Shown here: piece after piece, positions 46,476 through 56,164 of the stretch | How positions within the stretch are numbered: the first letter of the stretch is position 1 | How the letters are laid out: each line of letters starts with the position of its first letter | NCBI GenBank assembly: GCA_023228145.1 | Contig: JALOBU010000005.1 | Location: 5,573 to 69,572 of the forward strand | From: Bacteroidales bacterium | Lineage (GTDB): Bacteria; Bacteroidota; Bacteroidia; Bacteroidales; CAIWKO01 | Direction: 5' to 3' | DNA: 64,000 nt | Translations under genes and position numbers: made by a program | The notes under the pieces: generated by a model | What the model was told of the DNA's origin: nothing | Seen by the model: only the letters and a program-made list of their open reading frames with translations | Databases searched by the model: none

Positions 46476-48584
46476 TTATTTCTGATCTAAACCTCTGCGC
46501 TTCAGTAAAGGTTCAATAGCAGGATCCTGCCCACGGAATTTGCGGTACTGATCCATACCTTCGCCATCGCCGGATTCCTGCAGGCAGTATTTGCGGAATT
46601 TGGTTGCAAGGTCTTTATTGAATATATCGCCCGACTGCTTGAACGCTTCATAGGCATCGGCCACGAGGACTTCGGCCCAGAGGTACACATAATAACCGGC
46701 AGCATAGCCACCGCCCCAGATGTGTGAAAAATAAGTGGAACGGTAACGCGGCAATATTTCAGGTATCAAACCTATTTTGTCCATGGCTGCTTTTTCAAAT
46801 TCTTTAATATTGATATCTGTGGGCTCTGTCAGGTTATGATAGTCCATATCCAGGATAGCAGCGGCAAGCAGCTCGGTCATATCAAACCCCTGGTTAAATT
46901 TTGAGCTGTTCTGAATCTTTTCAATCAGTTTGTTGGGAATCACTTCATCGGTTTTGTAATGTTTTGCATAATACTTCAGCACTTCTGTTTCGCTGGCATA
47001 ACTTTCCATAAACTGAGAAGGAAGTTCCACATAATCACGGGGTACATTCCCTGCAGTACGGCTGTATTTTCCTTCGGTGAACAGGGCATGCAAACCATGT
47101 CCGAATTCATGGAAAATGGTTTCCACTTCGTCCCAGGTCAATAACGAAGGAGTATCTCCTGTTGGTTTTGTAAAGTTGCAAACGATAGATACAATAGGAT
47201 CAACTTTTTTTCCGTCGCGCCATCCTGCTGATTCAAAGCCGCCGCACCATGCCCCGCCGCGTTTGGAATCACGCGGAAAATAATCAAAATAAATTATTCC
47301 AAGGTGTTTTCCGTCGGCTTCTTTCACCTCATACGTTTCAACGTCATTAAAATAAACCGGGAGGTTGGTTAACTTATCGAAAGTAATGCCATAGAGTTTG
47401 TTAGCTACATAGAAAATCCCGTTTTTCACATTATCAAGGCTGAAGTATGGTTTCATTTCATTTTCATCCAGATCATATTTTTCTTTACGGACTTTTTCAG
47501 CATAATACCACCAGTCCCACGGCTGAAGTTTGAATTTTCCGCCTTCCTTATCAATGATTTTCTGCATTTCAATTAATTCATTTTTAGCCATAGCAAGCGA
47601 AGGCGCCCATAATTTTGCCAGAAAATCATTAACAGCCTGTGGTGTTTTAGCCATGTTGTCATCAATGACATAAGCGGCATAGCTATCAAAACCAAGCAAT
47701 TTGGCTTTCTGAACACGGAGCTTTGCCATTTTAGCGATCACTTCATTGTTATCGTTTGCGTTGCCGTTATCCCCTTTCATAAAGTAACCACGGTAAAGCT
47801 TTTCGCGAAGATCACGATTCTTGGCATATGTCAGGAAAGGCAACATGCTGGGTTTGTCGATGGTGAACAACCACTTGCCTTCCATGTTTTTAGCTTTGGC
47901 GGCCTCAGCGGCAGCATCAATAGAACTTTGTGGCAAACCATCCAGGTCTTCTTTTTTATCAATGGCCATCTGAAAATTTTTATTCTCTGCCAATAGGTTT
48001 TCACCGAATTTTGTTGTGAGTGTAGAAAGCTCTTCGTTGATCTTCTTCAGTTCTTCCTGCTTATCTTTGGGAAGATTGGCGCCAAGGCGTTCAAAGTCAC
48101 GGTAATGTTTCTCTACGGCACGAATCTGCTGTTCATCAAGGTTCATTTCTTTACGTTTCTCATAAACCGCCTTAATGCGTTCAAAAAGCTTGGCATTCAT
48201 GTAAATCTCATCGTTGTGTTTCGAAAAGCGAGGACTTATTTCCCGTTCTATTGCCTGCAAACGCTCATTTGTGGTTGATTCCGTCAGGTTAAAAAACACA
48301 TACGCAGCTTTTGATAACAGATAACCGGATTTGTCAAACGGTAGAATAGTGTTGTCGAATGTCGGTGCTTCGGAATTGTTCACAATTTTATCGATTTCCT
48401 CATTCTGTTGTTTCATGCCCTCTTCAAAGGCAGGCATAAAATGCGTGGTATCAATCTTGTCGAAAGGAGGCACCTTAAAAGGCGTGTCATAATCCGAGAA
48501 AAACGGATTGTCATTTGCTTTTTTGGAGTTACACGCCCCAAAAATAATTGCGGCTAAAGCCATCATAATTAATGTTTTTTTCAT
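46476..48584 (-). CDS. dcp: M3-family peptidyl-dipeptidase (Dcp-like), lipoprotein/periplasmic
   Basis: 702 aa with a lipoprotein-like signal (ALAAIIFGAC). The zinc motif is FHEFGHGLH with a downstream E. Its length and layout are typical of M3A Dcp/oligopeptidase A. Confidence 0.9.
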   Translation of the reverse strand: MKKTLIMMALAAIIFGACNSKKANDNPFFSDYDTPFKVPPFDKIDTTHFMPAFEEGMKQQNEEIDKIVNNSEAPTFDNTILPFDKSGYLLSKAAYVFFNLTESTTNERLQAIEREISPRFSKHNDEIYMNAKLFERIKAVYEKRKEMNLDEQQIRAVEKHYRDFERLGANLPKDKQEELKKINEELSTLTTKFGENLLAENKNFQMAIDKKEDLDGLPQSSIDAAAEAAKAKNMEGKWLFTIDKPSMLPFLTYAKNRDLREKLYRGYFMKGDNGNANDNNEVIAKMAKLRVQKAKLLGFDSYAAYVIDDNMAKTPQAVNDFLAKLWAPSLAMAKNELIEMQKIIDKEGGKFKLQPWDWWYYAEKVRKEKYDLDENEMKPYFSLDNVKNGIFYVANKLYGITFDKLTNLPVYFNDVETYEVKEADGKHLGIIYFDYFPRDSKRGGAWCGGFESAGWRDGKKVDPIVSIVCNFTKPTGDTPSLLTWDEVETIFHEFGHGLHALFTEGKYSRTAGNVPRDYVELPSQFMESYASETEVLKYYAKHYKTDEVIPNKLIEKIQNSSKFNQGFDMTELLAAAILDMDYHNLTEPTDINIKEFEKAAMDKIGLIPEILPRYRSTYFSHIWGGGYAAGYYVYLWAEVLVADAYEAFKQSGDIFNKDLATKFRKYCLQESGDGEGMDQYRKFRGQDPAIEPLLKRRGLDQK

Positions 48585-48772
48585 TGGTTAAATTTTTGTT
48601 TAGTTATAAATTATCATTTTGATAAATAAAGGAAGGCAAAGTTACAAAATCATCATGTAAAAAATACGCAACAAATAAATTTATATTCATGTTAAAATGA
48701 TTGACATTATCAAATTTTTAATTTTATATTTGTATTAAAAATCAATCCGTAGATTTCTTAATATGTAATTTT

Positions 48773-49612
48773 ATGTCAATCAAAAAGGAGAATCATATCA
48801 TGGCAGACAAAGGCACAAAAAAGAAAATCACCCGGGTAGGAGGCCCCGAAACCGCTTCGACTATTCCTGCATCAAACACACCTCCCCCAACTGAAGCCAC
48901 AAAACCATATGTTACAAGTGACGAAAACAAAGCCAAAGCTAAAAAGTATCGCCTTATCGCGGTTATTTCATGGATTATTGCCATTGGTCTTGAAGTTGGA
49001 GCAATCCTTCTTTTGAACAAAAAGCCCGTACCCATGGTTTGGCTTATCGTTCTAATCGTGGCCGACCTCATCTTTGCCGTTATTGGTTCTATGTTGTGGA
49101 AAAAATCCAACAAGTTTAATCCTGCCTCCCAGAAAGAACCTATCAGATTTTTCATACAGAACCAGTTGGGCGCCATCATCAGTGTCATAGCTTTTCTGCC
49201 CCTCATTATCCTTATCTTCACCAACAAGAACATGACAGGTAAGCAGAAAGGGCTTGCCGGAGCCGTAGGTATAATTGCTCTTGTAATCGCAGGCTTTTTA
49301 GGCATTGATTTTAATCCTCCCTCGCAGGAAAAATACCAGGAACAAGCTCAGCACGCGAAGGATTCTATGCAAACCGAACAGGTTAAAGAACTTAATAATG
49401 GCATTGACCACGTGTACTGGACAAAATCCGGAAAAAGCTATCACCTGTATTCCGATTGCGGCTATATAAACACCGACAGGACCGACGAGATATTTGAAGG
49501 TACGGTATATCAAGCCAAACAACTGAAAAACATCACCGATATTTGCGACCGTTGCGCAAACAGGGCAAAGAAGGAGAAAGAAGCGTTGCTAAGAAACGAT
49601 AGTGTGAAGTGA
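48773..49612 (+). CDS. Hypothetical membrane protein with C-terminal His/Cys cluster
   Basis: 279 aa with four predicted TM helices. The C-terminal soluble part contains YHLYSDCGYI ... ICDRCANR (an H-x5-C ... C-x2-C pattern). The start could instead be the Met at 48800. Confidence 0.65.
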   Translation: MSIKKENHIMADKGTKKKITRVGGPETASTIPASNTPPPTEATKPYVTSDENKAKAKKYRLIAVISWIIAIGLEVGAILLLNKKPVPMVWLIVLIVADLIFAVIGSMLWKKSNKFNPASQKEPIRFFIQNQLGAIISVIAFLPLIILIFTNKNMTGKQKGLAGAVGIIALVIAGFLGIDFNPPSQEKYQEQAQHAKDSMQTEQVKELNNGIDHVYWTKSGKSYHLYSDCGYINTDRTDEIFEGTVYQAKQLKNITDICDRCANRAKKEKEALLRNDSVK

Positions 49613-49642
49613 ATTGTTAGAAGTTAGAGGTTATCAGTTATT
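49601..49642. repeat. Degenerate (c)AGTnnnn heptad array at the left border of the acylation cluster
   Basis: The units in 7-nt register are agtgtga agtgaat tgttaga agttaga ggttatc agttatt. The array spans the convergent stop codons of the 48773..49612 and 49638..50225 genes. Confidence 0.55.
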
Positions 49643-50225
49643 TTTTTCTTTCAGGCTGTTGTCTTTCCAGAATAGTTAAGCCGTGCCCTGATTCGATATG
49701 GTCTTTTATCTGCCATTCGGGGTGGTCGTCAATAAACTCAAATATAGCGGCTTTCATTCCAGGTCTGCCATCGAATGGGTTTTTAAGCCCGAAGGTCTCG
49801 GTGCTGTGCATCATAATCCATTTCTTCACCCTGAGATGATGATGTTCCAGTTCTGCTTTAATTTGTCCATACCAATGATCGGTATCTATATACAGTAAGT
49901 CGGTTTTTTTTATTTTAGCTTTCAACACATCTTTTTGTATCATTTTAAAAAACATGTCATCATCTTGGGCAGCCTGCTTTATCATGCGGGCATTTTCAGT
50001 AATCACAAGGTCATAAGAATAAACTTTTTTACAACCGGATATCAAAAACGCCAACGTTGAACAACCGGTGTCAATACCAAACTCTGTAACTTTTTCGCAT
50101 TGTGACGCATAGTATTTCAATATTTCAAGATGAAGTTTAACCGCTTCAGGCCTGAAACCCAAGCTGCCTTTTTTCATGCTGTCGTATAACTTGATAAGGT
50201 TTTTAGGGGTTAACTTTTCCATCAT
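49638..50225 (-). CDS. Class I SAM-dependent methyltransferase (Methyltransf_24/CmcI-like)
   Basis: 195 aa. Motif I is VTEFGIDTGCST. Further motifs are LLYIDTDHWYGQIKAELE and the C-terminal GLTILER. It overlaps the upstream gene's stop by 4 nt. Confidence 0.75.
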   Translation of the reverse strand: MMEKLTPKNLIKLYDSMKKGSLGFRPEAVKLHLEILKYYASQCEKVTEFGIDTGCSTLAFLISGCKKVYSYDLVITENARMIKQAAQDDDMFFKMIQKDVLKAKIKKTDLLYIDTDHWYGQIKAELEHHHLRVKKWIMMHSTETFGLKNPFDGRPGMKAAIFEFIDDHPEWQIKDHIESGHGLTILERQQPERKK

Positions 50226-51190
50226 CCAAATATCAGATTATTTTTTTTATGAGCAAATAATAAAGTAGCATTGGCCAGTTCAAAATTTTTCTCCCGCTCC
50301 AGTTCTCTTACAAATGCCTTGTGGTAATATTTGTCACCTTCTTCCAACAATTCAGATACTTTCATCCGAAGGAATTCCTCTTTAGCCTCATCCTTCAATC
50401 CATTTGCCCAGTTTCTCAAAATCCATGTGAGCGACCAGATAGGCAAGCCATAAGGGCTTATATCGGTTTTGTCTGTAATGAGTAACCCATCGAAAAGGTT
50501 TTCAAGGCCACGGCTTGTCATATTATAATAATGGTGAGGGTAACCATGGTAAGGCTGAAGGAAAGGCACGCTACACAACAATTCCCCACCTGGTTTTAAC
50601 ACCCGTGCAATTTCTTTAGCACATAAAAACGGATCTTTCACATGCTCTAAGACTGAAAGAGAGATAAGTGCGTCAAAAGCATTATCCTTAAATGGTAGTT
50701 GTTCCCCAACAGCTAATACATCAGTAGTGTCGTAATCCACAATCTCAAGGTTTACCACATTATCATAATAAATATCTCTCTGCCCTGCCCCGCAGTCAAG
50801 TATGAGGCCGTGTTCATATTTGTTTATTAAATCCAAAACAAAAGGCTCGTAAATATTGCTGCTGACCATATCGGTATCCACAATATTATAAGTTTCACGG
50901 AAATCGTCACTTAAAAAATCAAAATTCAGGTTTTCCGTTTCGATATAAGGCATATCATTACGCAGCAAAGGTTTCACTTTTTCCTGTTTGCATATTTTAG
51001 CATCAACAATGGTAGAGATTGGCAGTCGTATGTTCCTTCCTTCTTCTTTGCCGAAAAGTTCAAAATGCTGGCGTCCCGAGGCGGCTACTCCTTTTTTAAT
51101 GGCAATGGCGACATCGAAATTTGCAGCCAGGTAGGCTTCTTCCGTAAAATTTTCTTCTGTAGCTTTCTCAATTAATGTATAATTAGCCAT
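50222..51190 (-). CDS. Class I SAM-dependent methyltransferase (Methyltransf_11-like) with ~120-aa N-terminal extension
   Basis: 322 aa. Motif I is ILDCGAGQ. Downstream are LPFKDNAFDALISLSVLEHVKDP and LKPGGELL. Confidence 0.85.
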   Translation of the reverse strand: MANYTLIEKATEENFTEEAYLAANFDVAIAIKKGVAASGRQHFELFGKEEGRNIRLPISTIVDAKICKQEKVKPLLRNDMPYIETENLNFDFLSDDFRETYNIVDTDMVSSNIYEPFVLDLINKYEHGLILDCGAGQRDIYYDNVVNLEIVDYDTTDVLAVGEQLPFKDNAFDALISLSVLEHVKDPFLCAKEIARVLKPGGELLCSVPFLQPYHGYPHHYYNMTSRGLENLFDGLLITDKTDISPYGLPIWSLTWILRNWANGLKDEAKEEFLRMKVSELLEEGDKYYHKAFVRELEREKNFELANATLLFAHKKNNLIFG

Positions 51191-51232
51191 TTGAACTGAT
51201 TGGTTTGAACAAAGTTATAAAAAAATACAAAT

Positions 51233-54200
51233 TTATTTTGAAACCGTATCATTTCTGTGAATAGGTTTTGGTTTTGATAACAATAAATGATTAATAATAT
51301 CAATAGACATTTCCTGGATAACAATATCGGGCTTTTCTATAATAACAACTTCATGACAAAATTCAGGAGTCCAAAAATAAGATATTCGCTGAAAATTATG
51401 ACTTAAATAATGACTTAACCAATTAGAAAAAGAGTCCCTGAACATCAGTACGGAAGGAGTTGAAATTTTATTGTTAACATAACTAATGGCTGGATTATTA
51501 GAAATAGAAATGGGGTAATTCAAATATTGTATTTCTGTAGGCATGGATAGTTTTTTGCTTAGAGGATATAATACCTCATTTTGATAATACTCGTTGATGA
51601 GCATTATTTTGTACATTCCATTAGCCACACCCTCACCACCAAAGTTTCTATTCATAAACTCTTTGTAATCTTCAGAAATCAAAAAAGAATCAGGCACGGC
51701 ATCGCCAAATTTAAACCATTCAAAATCATTATAATTAGCAGGGGACGGGATTCCGGGGAAATCTTTTTTAATAGCTTCCACTATTGTTTTATATGCGTAA
51801 TAAGCTCCATAAAAATTCCAATGCGGGTCGTCTTTGTAATAAATATCTTTGGGAGATGCCTGCCTTAAATCGTAAAGTGTTTGATAAACGTCAATAATGT
51901 TCAGACGGGTATTTTTCTTTAAATAGGAAAGAAACTGCTCTAATTTTGTAACTCCATTATGTTTATATATAGAAGGCCTTAACTTATCCTCATAAATCAG
52001 CAGTGCAGAAGGAGGAAAAACCAAATAAAATTTTATTCCTTTTTTTTGCAGCCAATTGTTTCGTTCGACCAATATATCGGACATTTTTTTCAATTCTGCT
52101 TCTGTTAATGGTTTTCGGTTTTCATAAGTTTCCAATATCCATCCCTGAATAAAAAACATCCAGCCATCTTTACCAAAATGTATTTTTTTGTTATTAATTA
52201 GTTCGTTAAAGGTTTTGTATTCAATCAGGTTATTTAAAGTAATGATATTGGTTCGTCCGGGAACATTATCAACAATAAAATTATTTATTTTGTTCGTAAA
52301 AGACTGGCATGAATCGATAGAAAAATCAGGGAAACTCTGTGCATTTCTTTTTTCTTTAACGATATAATTTTTTTTAGTACTAAAAATACTAAAACCAATT
52401 ACATTTGAGATAAAAACAATAAAGAATATGTTTATAATGGCATGCCGGTAGTTGACTATTGGAAGTACTTTGCATATTACGAGTAACACCAAAAAAAGCA
52501 CCATTGACAAAAAAATAAATATATGTTTCTTTAAAATCAACAAATATTCTGCATCATCAGATTGTGCAGCAGAGTTTAAAATAAAATAAGGGTCGGGGCC
52601 TGTAATATGATAAGTATTTCCTTTTTTCACCATATCATTGACAACGAGATAATCATATGGGATGCGCGAATAATTCCATGTTTTTTTAATCAACCCGGAA
52701 CTTAATGCAATTTTGGGTTCTTCAATTGTTTTTACATTACCCTCTAAATCAACACGCTGAAATTTATATTTTTGTAAAAGTACCTGAGAAATAAAAACGC
52801 CCTTATGCTTGCCAGACAAGAGTTTCCATTCGCTCCAAAATTCGGGGGTATTATAATAATATAAAAAAGATGCCTCTATATTGTTTTTTGACGAAAGCTT
52901 CACATTAAATTCATCATCTTTTCCAATCCAGTAAAATATAAATACAAAGATTGATGTAAGCACCGAAATCAGTACATTTTTTTTTGGGTTCAGATTAAGA
53001 ATAGCCGCAAATAATATCAGAATAAAAATAATCATCAACACGATAACAAACGCATGCTTGTTTTGATTCTCAGTTTGCAAAATGTTGAATGGTTTTAAAT
53101 TAATCCTGACGGGCGTTTCGGATTTTGAAACTACAACATTATAATCAAGTGGCGATGACAGTAGCTGAGCGTTCGATATGTTGAACAAATTGGTATCTTT
53201 AGCAAGTAAGTTTTGTACTGTTTCTCCCTTGCAATAGTTTACAGAATTAAGAAAAATAGTGTCGTTGGCTGAAAGGTTTTCAATAAGAAGAAATAGTCTG
53301 TTGTCGGTGTTAATAGCTTTTTTATATTGAAATAATTTAAACCCGGGCTGAGATATTTCCCATTTAGCCAAACATTCATTAGAGTTGTTAATGCTGATAA
53401 ATCCAGGACTTGATGTTCTTGCGGAAAAATAAATGTATTCGCTTTTATTGTCGGCAACAGGTGATTTCCATGGCTGACAAACTAAAACATAGGCAGCAGG
53501 TATGAAAAATAGTGTCAATTGCGAAATGTGAAATTTTGATTTTTCGATAAAATTCATGTAGCGACTCAAACAAATCAGGAGCATGAAAAATATCAGAGAA
53601 ACAAATAAACATAACTTGTCTTTTAAAAATAACAGCCATTCTATACGCGATAAAAAATAACTGGTTGTAATTTTAAAATACGGGTCAGTTCCCGTAATGA
53701 TGTATTTGTCTCCCTGCAGCACTATATCATTTAACAATATACATTTTTGGGGAATTTTGCTTAAAGAAAATGTTTTACAAATAAATGTATTTATAAAACT
53801 TATTTTTAAATCATCAATTACACGATTGTCTGATTCTATGTCAAATCTCAGGTATTTTTCTTCGTGTAAATTAATTGGGGTAGTGTAATTAAGAATATTT
53901 CCGTATTTATAATACTTTTTTTCGCCCGAAAACAAAGGCGTATGGTTATGAAAAACCTCAGGGTTTTTTATTTCATTTTGACTGCTTATTTTAACTTGCC
54001 AAATATCGTTGTGGTTAAGTACATAAACCACTACCATAATCATTGATGAAATAAAAACAGTGAAAAAGAAGTATTTTGATTTTGGTGCAAATATGAATAT
54101 CAGCAAAAAGCATAGAACAAAAATTCCAATTATAACTATTTTCTTATAAAGGCCTAAATCATTGGTCTCCCATGAATAATAAGGAAAAAATGTAATACAG

Positions 54201-54646
54201 GCAGATTGGTTAGCTTGGATTGCAGTCAGTTGTATCTCATCTTTTTTAACATTGACCAATGCATTTGCAACCAGTGTTTTTTCTAAAAATGATTTATTCA
54301 GCGAAAACAAGCGATTATCACGATACAGATTAACACCAAGTATTGAAATAGTGTCGTGCGGCGAAAGATGTTCAATAATCAGGCTGATTGAAGAAGCATC
54401 TTTTAATGATCCATAAAATTCAAGGCTTTTATAACCGCTACTGTCAACCTTCCACGAAGTCATAACTTTATTGCCCGACAACAATGTAATATTTGTGTGA
54501 GAATTTGTTTTAACGGAAAAATAAAAATAATCATTGGTATCGGTATCAATGGGAACAGAAGATTTATAATCATCTTTAAGCAGAAAATACAAACAGGGTA
54601 TGAACAGAAAAAGGAGATATATATATTTTATTCGGTTTTTAAACAT
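51233..54646 (-). CDS. Polytopic membrane protein: 2 x (~365-aa TM/beta-domain module ending in G.DPYF + TM) fused to a C-terminal AlgX/AlgJ-type (DHHW) SGNH-like O-acyltransferase domain
   Basis: 1137 aa. The internal duplication covers aa 1-365 and 366-735 (nt 53552-54646 and 52442-53551). The C-terminal ~370 aa (nt 51236-52339) carry AlgJ/AlgX-family motifs: HFGKDGWMFF, YYKDDPHWNFYGA (DxHW, nt 51818-51829) and MFRDSFSNW. Confidence 0.85.
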   Translation of the reverse strand: MFKNRIKYIYLLFLFIPCLYFLLKDDYKSSVPIDTDTNDYFYFSVKTNSHTNITLLSGNKVMTSWKVDSSGYKSLEFYGSLKDASSISLIIEHLSPHDTISILGVNLYRDNRLFSLNKSFLEKTLVANALVNVKKDEIQLTAIQANQSACITFFPYYSWETNDLGLYKKIVIIGIFVLCFLLIFIFAPKSKYFFFTVFISSMIMVVVYVLNHNDIWQVKISSQNEIKNPEVFHNHTPLFSGEKKYYKYGNILNYTTPINLHEEKYLRFDIESDNRVIDDLKISFINTFICKTFSLSKIPQKCILLNDIVLQGDKYIITGTDPYFKITTSYFLSRIEWLLFLKDKLCLFVSLIFFMLLICLSRYMNFIEKSKFHISQLTLFFIPAAYVLVCQPWKSPVADNKSEYIYFSARTSSPGFISINNSNECLAKWEISQPGFKLFQYKKAINTDNRLFLLIENLSANDTIFLNSVNYCKGETVQNLLAKDTNLFNISNAQLLSSPLDYNVVVSKSETPVRINLKPFNILQTENQNKHAFVIVLMIIFILILFAAILNLNPKKNVLISVLTSIFVFIFYWIGKDDEFNVKLSSKNNIEASFLYYYNTPEFWSEWKLLSGKHKGVFISQVLLQKYKFQRVDLEGNVKTIEEPKIALSSGLIKKTWNYSRIPYDYLVVNDMVKKGNTYHITGPDPYFILNSAAQSDDAEYLLILKKHIFIFLSMVLFLVLLVICKVLPIVNYRHAIINIFFIVFISNVIGFSIFSTKKNYIVKEKRNAQSFPDFSIDSCQSFTNKINNFIVDNVPGRTNIITLNNLIEYKTFNELINNKKIHFGKDGWMFFIQGWILETYENRKPLTEAELKKMSDILVERNNWLQKKGIKFYLVFPPSALLIYEDKLRPSIYKHNGVTKLEQFLSYLKKNTRLNIIDVYQTLYDLRQASPKDIYYKDDPHWNFYGAYYAYKTIVEAIKKDFPGIPSPANYNDFEWFKFGDAVPDSFLISEDYKEFMNRNFGGEGVANGMYKIMLINEYYQNEVLYPLSKKLSMPTEIQYLNYPISISNNPAISYVNNKISTPSVLMFRDSFSNWLSHYLSHNFQRISYFWTPEFCHEVVIIEKPDIVIQEMSIDIINHLLLSKPKPIHRNDTVSK

Positions 54647-54652
54647 CGCTTA

Positions 54653-56047
54653 TCAGAATTTAAAGTAGAAAAACGGGTTAAATGATACGGTAATTAATCG
54701 CATAACCGAAAGTAAAAAAACGACTATCAATCCAAAAGTATAAACAGAATCAAACACTTTTTTTGTTTTCTCTTTTTTCAAAAATTTTGAAATTGATATA
54801 GGTACGCAAAGCGCAATTCCAACAGCCATAATCAAATAGTGTTCTTTCATAAAAAAAGAAGTTAGTCCCAGAGTGCCTTCTCTTGGAAAGCTGAACATAA
54901 CGGAATAATAATCTAATGCCTGCTTCAAATCTTGTGTTCTGAACAAAACTCCTACAACCAAAAGAATAAACCATGTGTACAACATTCCAAAACCTTTGAT
55001 ACGTTTTAATAGTTTTAGCAGAAACAAAGCCTCAAGCCCCATCAATATCCCCTGAGTAAGCCCCCAGATAATATAATTCCATGTAGGCCCGTGCCAAATT
55101 CCGCAAACTACAAATGTTACAACCAAGGAAAAAAAAACTCCGGCATTACCCCAGTATCTTAATGACAAAGACAATGGGCTAAAGATGTAGTCTTTAATCC
55201 AGTTGGATAGTGTGATGTGCCAACGGCGCCAAAATTCTGTGATTGACCTGCTAATGTATGGATAATTAAAGTTTTCGGGGAGTTCAAATCCAAGCATTTT
55301 TCCTACGCCAATCGCCATATCAGTATATGCAGCAAAATCAAAGAAAAATTGTAAGGCAAATGCAAGCATGCCTACCCAGGCAACTTCAGGGCCAATACGC
55401 CAAAAATCTGTCTCAATAATTTGAGTTACTACATAACTGATTTGATCGGCTATCAGTACTTTTTTTCCTAATCCAATAATAAATCTTCTGACTCCTTCGG
55501 TAAAACGCGGCAAATCAAATTGGCGTTTTTTTAACTGTTGTTCAATTGCAGGATATCGTACAAGAGGCCCGAGAATAAGCTGAGGAAACATTGTAATGTA
55601 GAGGATAACATAAGCAGGATTTTTTTCAAAACGCTTGTTGCGCCTGTAAACTTCAATATTATACGAAATTGCCTGAAACGTAAAAAAAGAAAGCCCAAGC
55701 GTACTTATCGTTTTAATTTCGGGCAAATTTTGAACTCCGACATATATAAGATTATCAATGATAAAGCCGATATATCTGAAGTAAAATAAAATCCCACTAA
55801 AAGTGCACACAGCAAGGATAAGAAATATTTTTTGAAATTTTGTTTTTACAATAAAAAATGAAAATAACCATGCCAGAATGCTAATAACCAACAGAAGAAC
55901 AACAAGTTTACCTGCTCCCCAAAAATAAAATACCAAACTGGCAATAAACAGAAAGAGGTTTTTAGCCCATATTTTTGGCAATAAATAATATCCTGCGAGA
56001 AAAACAGGAAAGAATATAAAAATAAAAACTATCGAACTATAGACCAT
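54653..56047 (-). CDS. MBOAT-family membrane O-acyltransferase (AlgI/DltB-like)
   Basis: 464 aa, about ten TM helices. The MBOAT signature with the catalytic His is FWRRWHITLSNWIKDYIF. The N-terminal FIFF...YY and C-terminal layout resemble AlgI/DltB. Confidence 0.92.
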   Translation of the reverse strand: MVYSSIVFIFIFFPVFLAGYYLLPKIWAKNLFLFIASLVFYFWGAGKLVVLLLVISILAWLFSFFIVKTKFQKIFLILAVCTFSGILFYFRYIGFIIDNLIYVGVQNLPEIKTISTLGLSFFTFQAISYNIEVYRRNKRFEKNPAYVILYITMFPQLILGPLVRYPAIEQQLKKRQFDLPRFTEGVRRFIIGLGKKVLIADQISYVVTQIIETDFWRIGPEVAWVGMLAFALQFFFDFAAYTDMAIGVGKMLGFELPENFNYPYISRSITEFWRRWHITLSNWIKDYIFSPLSLSLRYWGNAGVFFSLVVTFVVCGIWHGPTWNYIIWGLTQGILMGLEALFLLKLLKRIKGFGMLYTWFILLVVGVLFRTQDLKQALDYYSVMFSFPREGTLGLTSFFMKEHYLIMAVGIALCVPISISKFLKKEKTKKVFDSVYTFGLIVVFLLSVMRLITVSFNPFFYFKF

Positions 56048-56164
56048 CTGCAGCTTTTATTTCAATTATTTATTATATTCATTATCAATAAAAAGCATGT
56101 TTTTTAAAGTTTTTCCTGACAATACTCTCAACTTATGCAACCATTCAATCCTTAGAAAAACATA

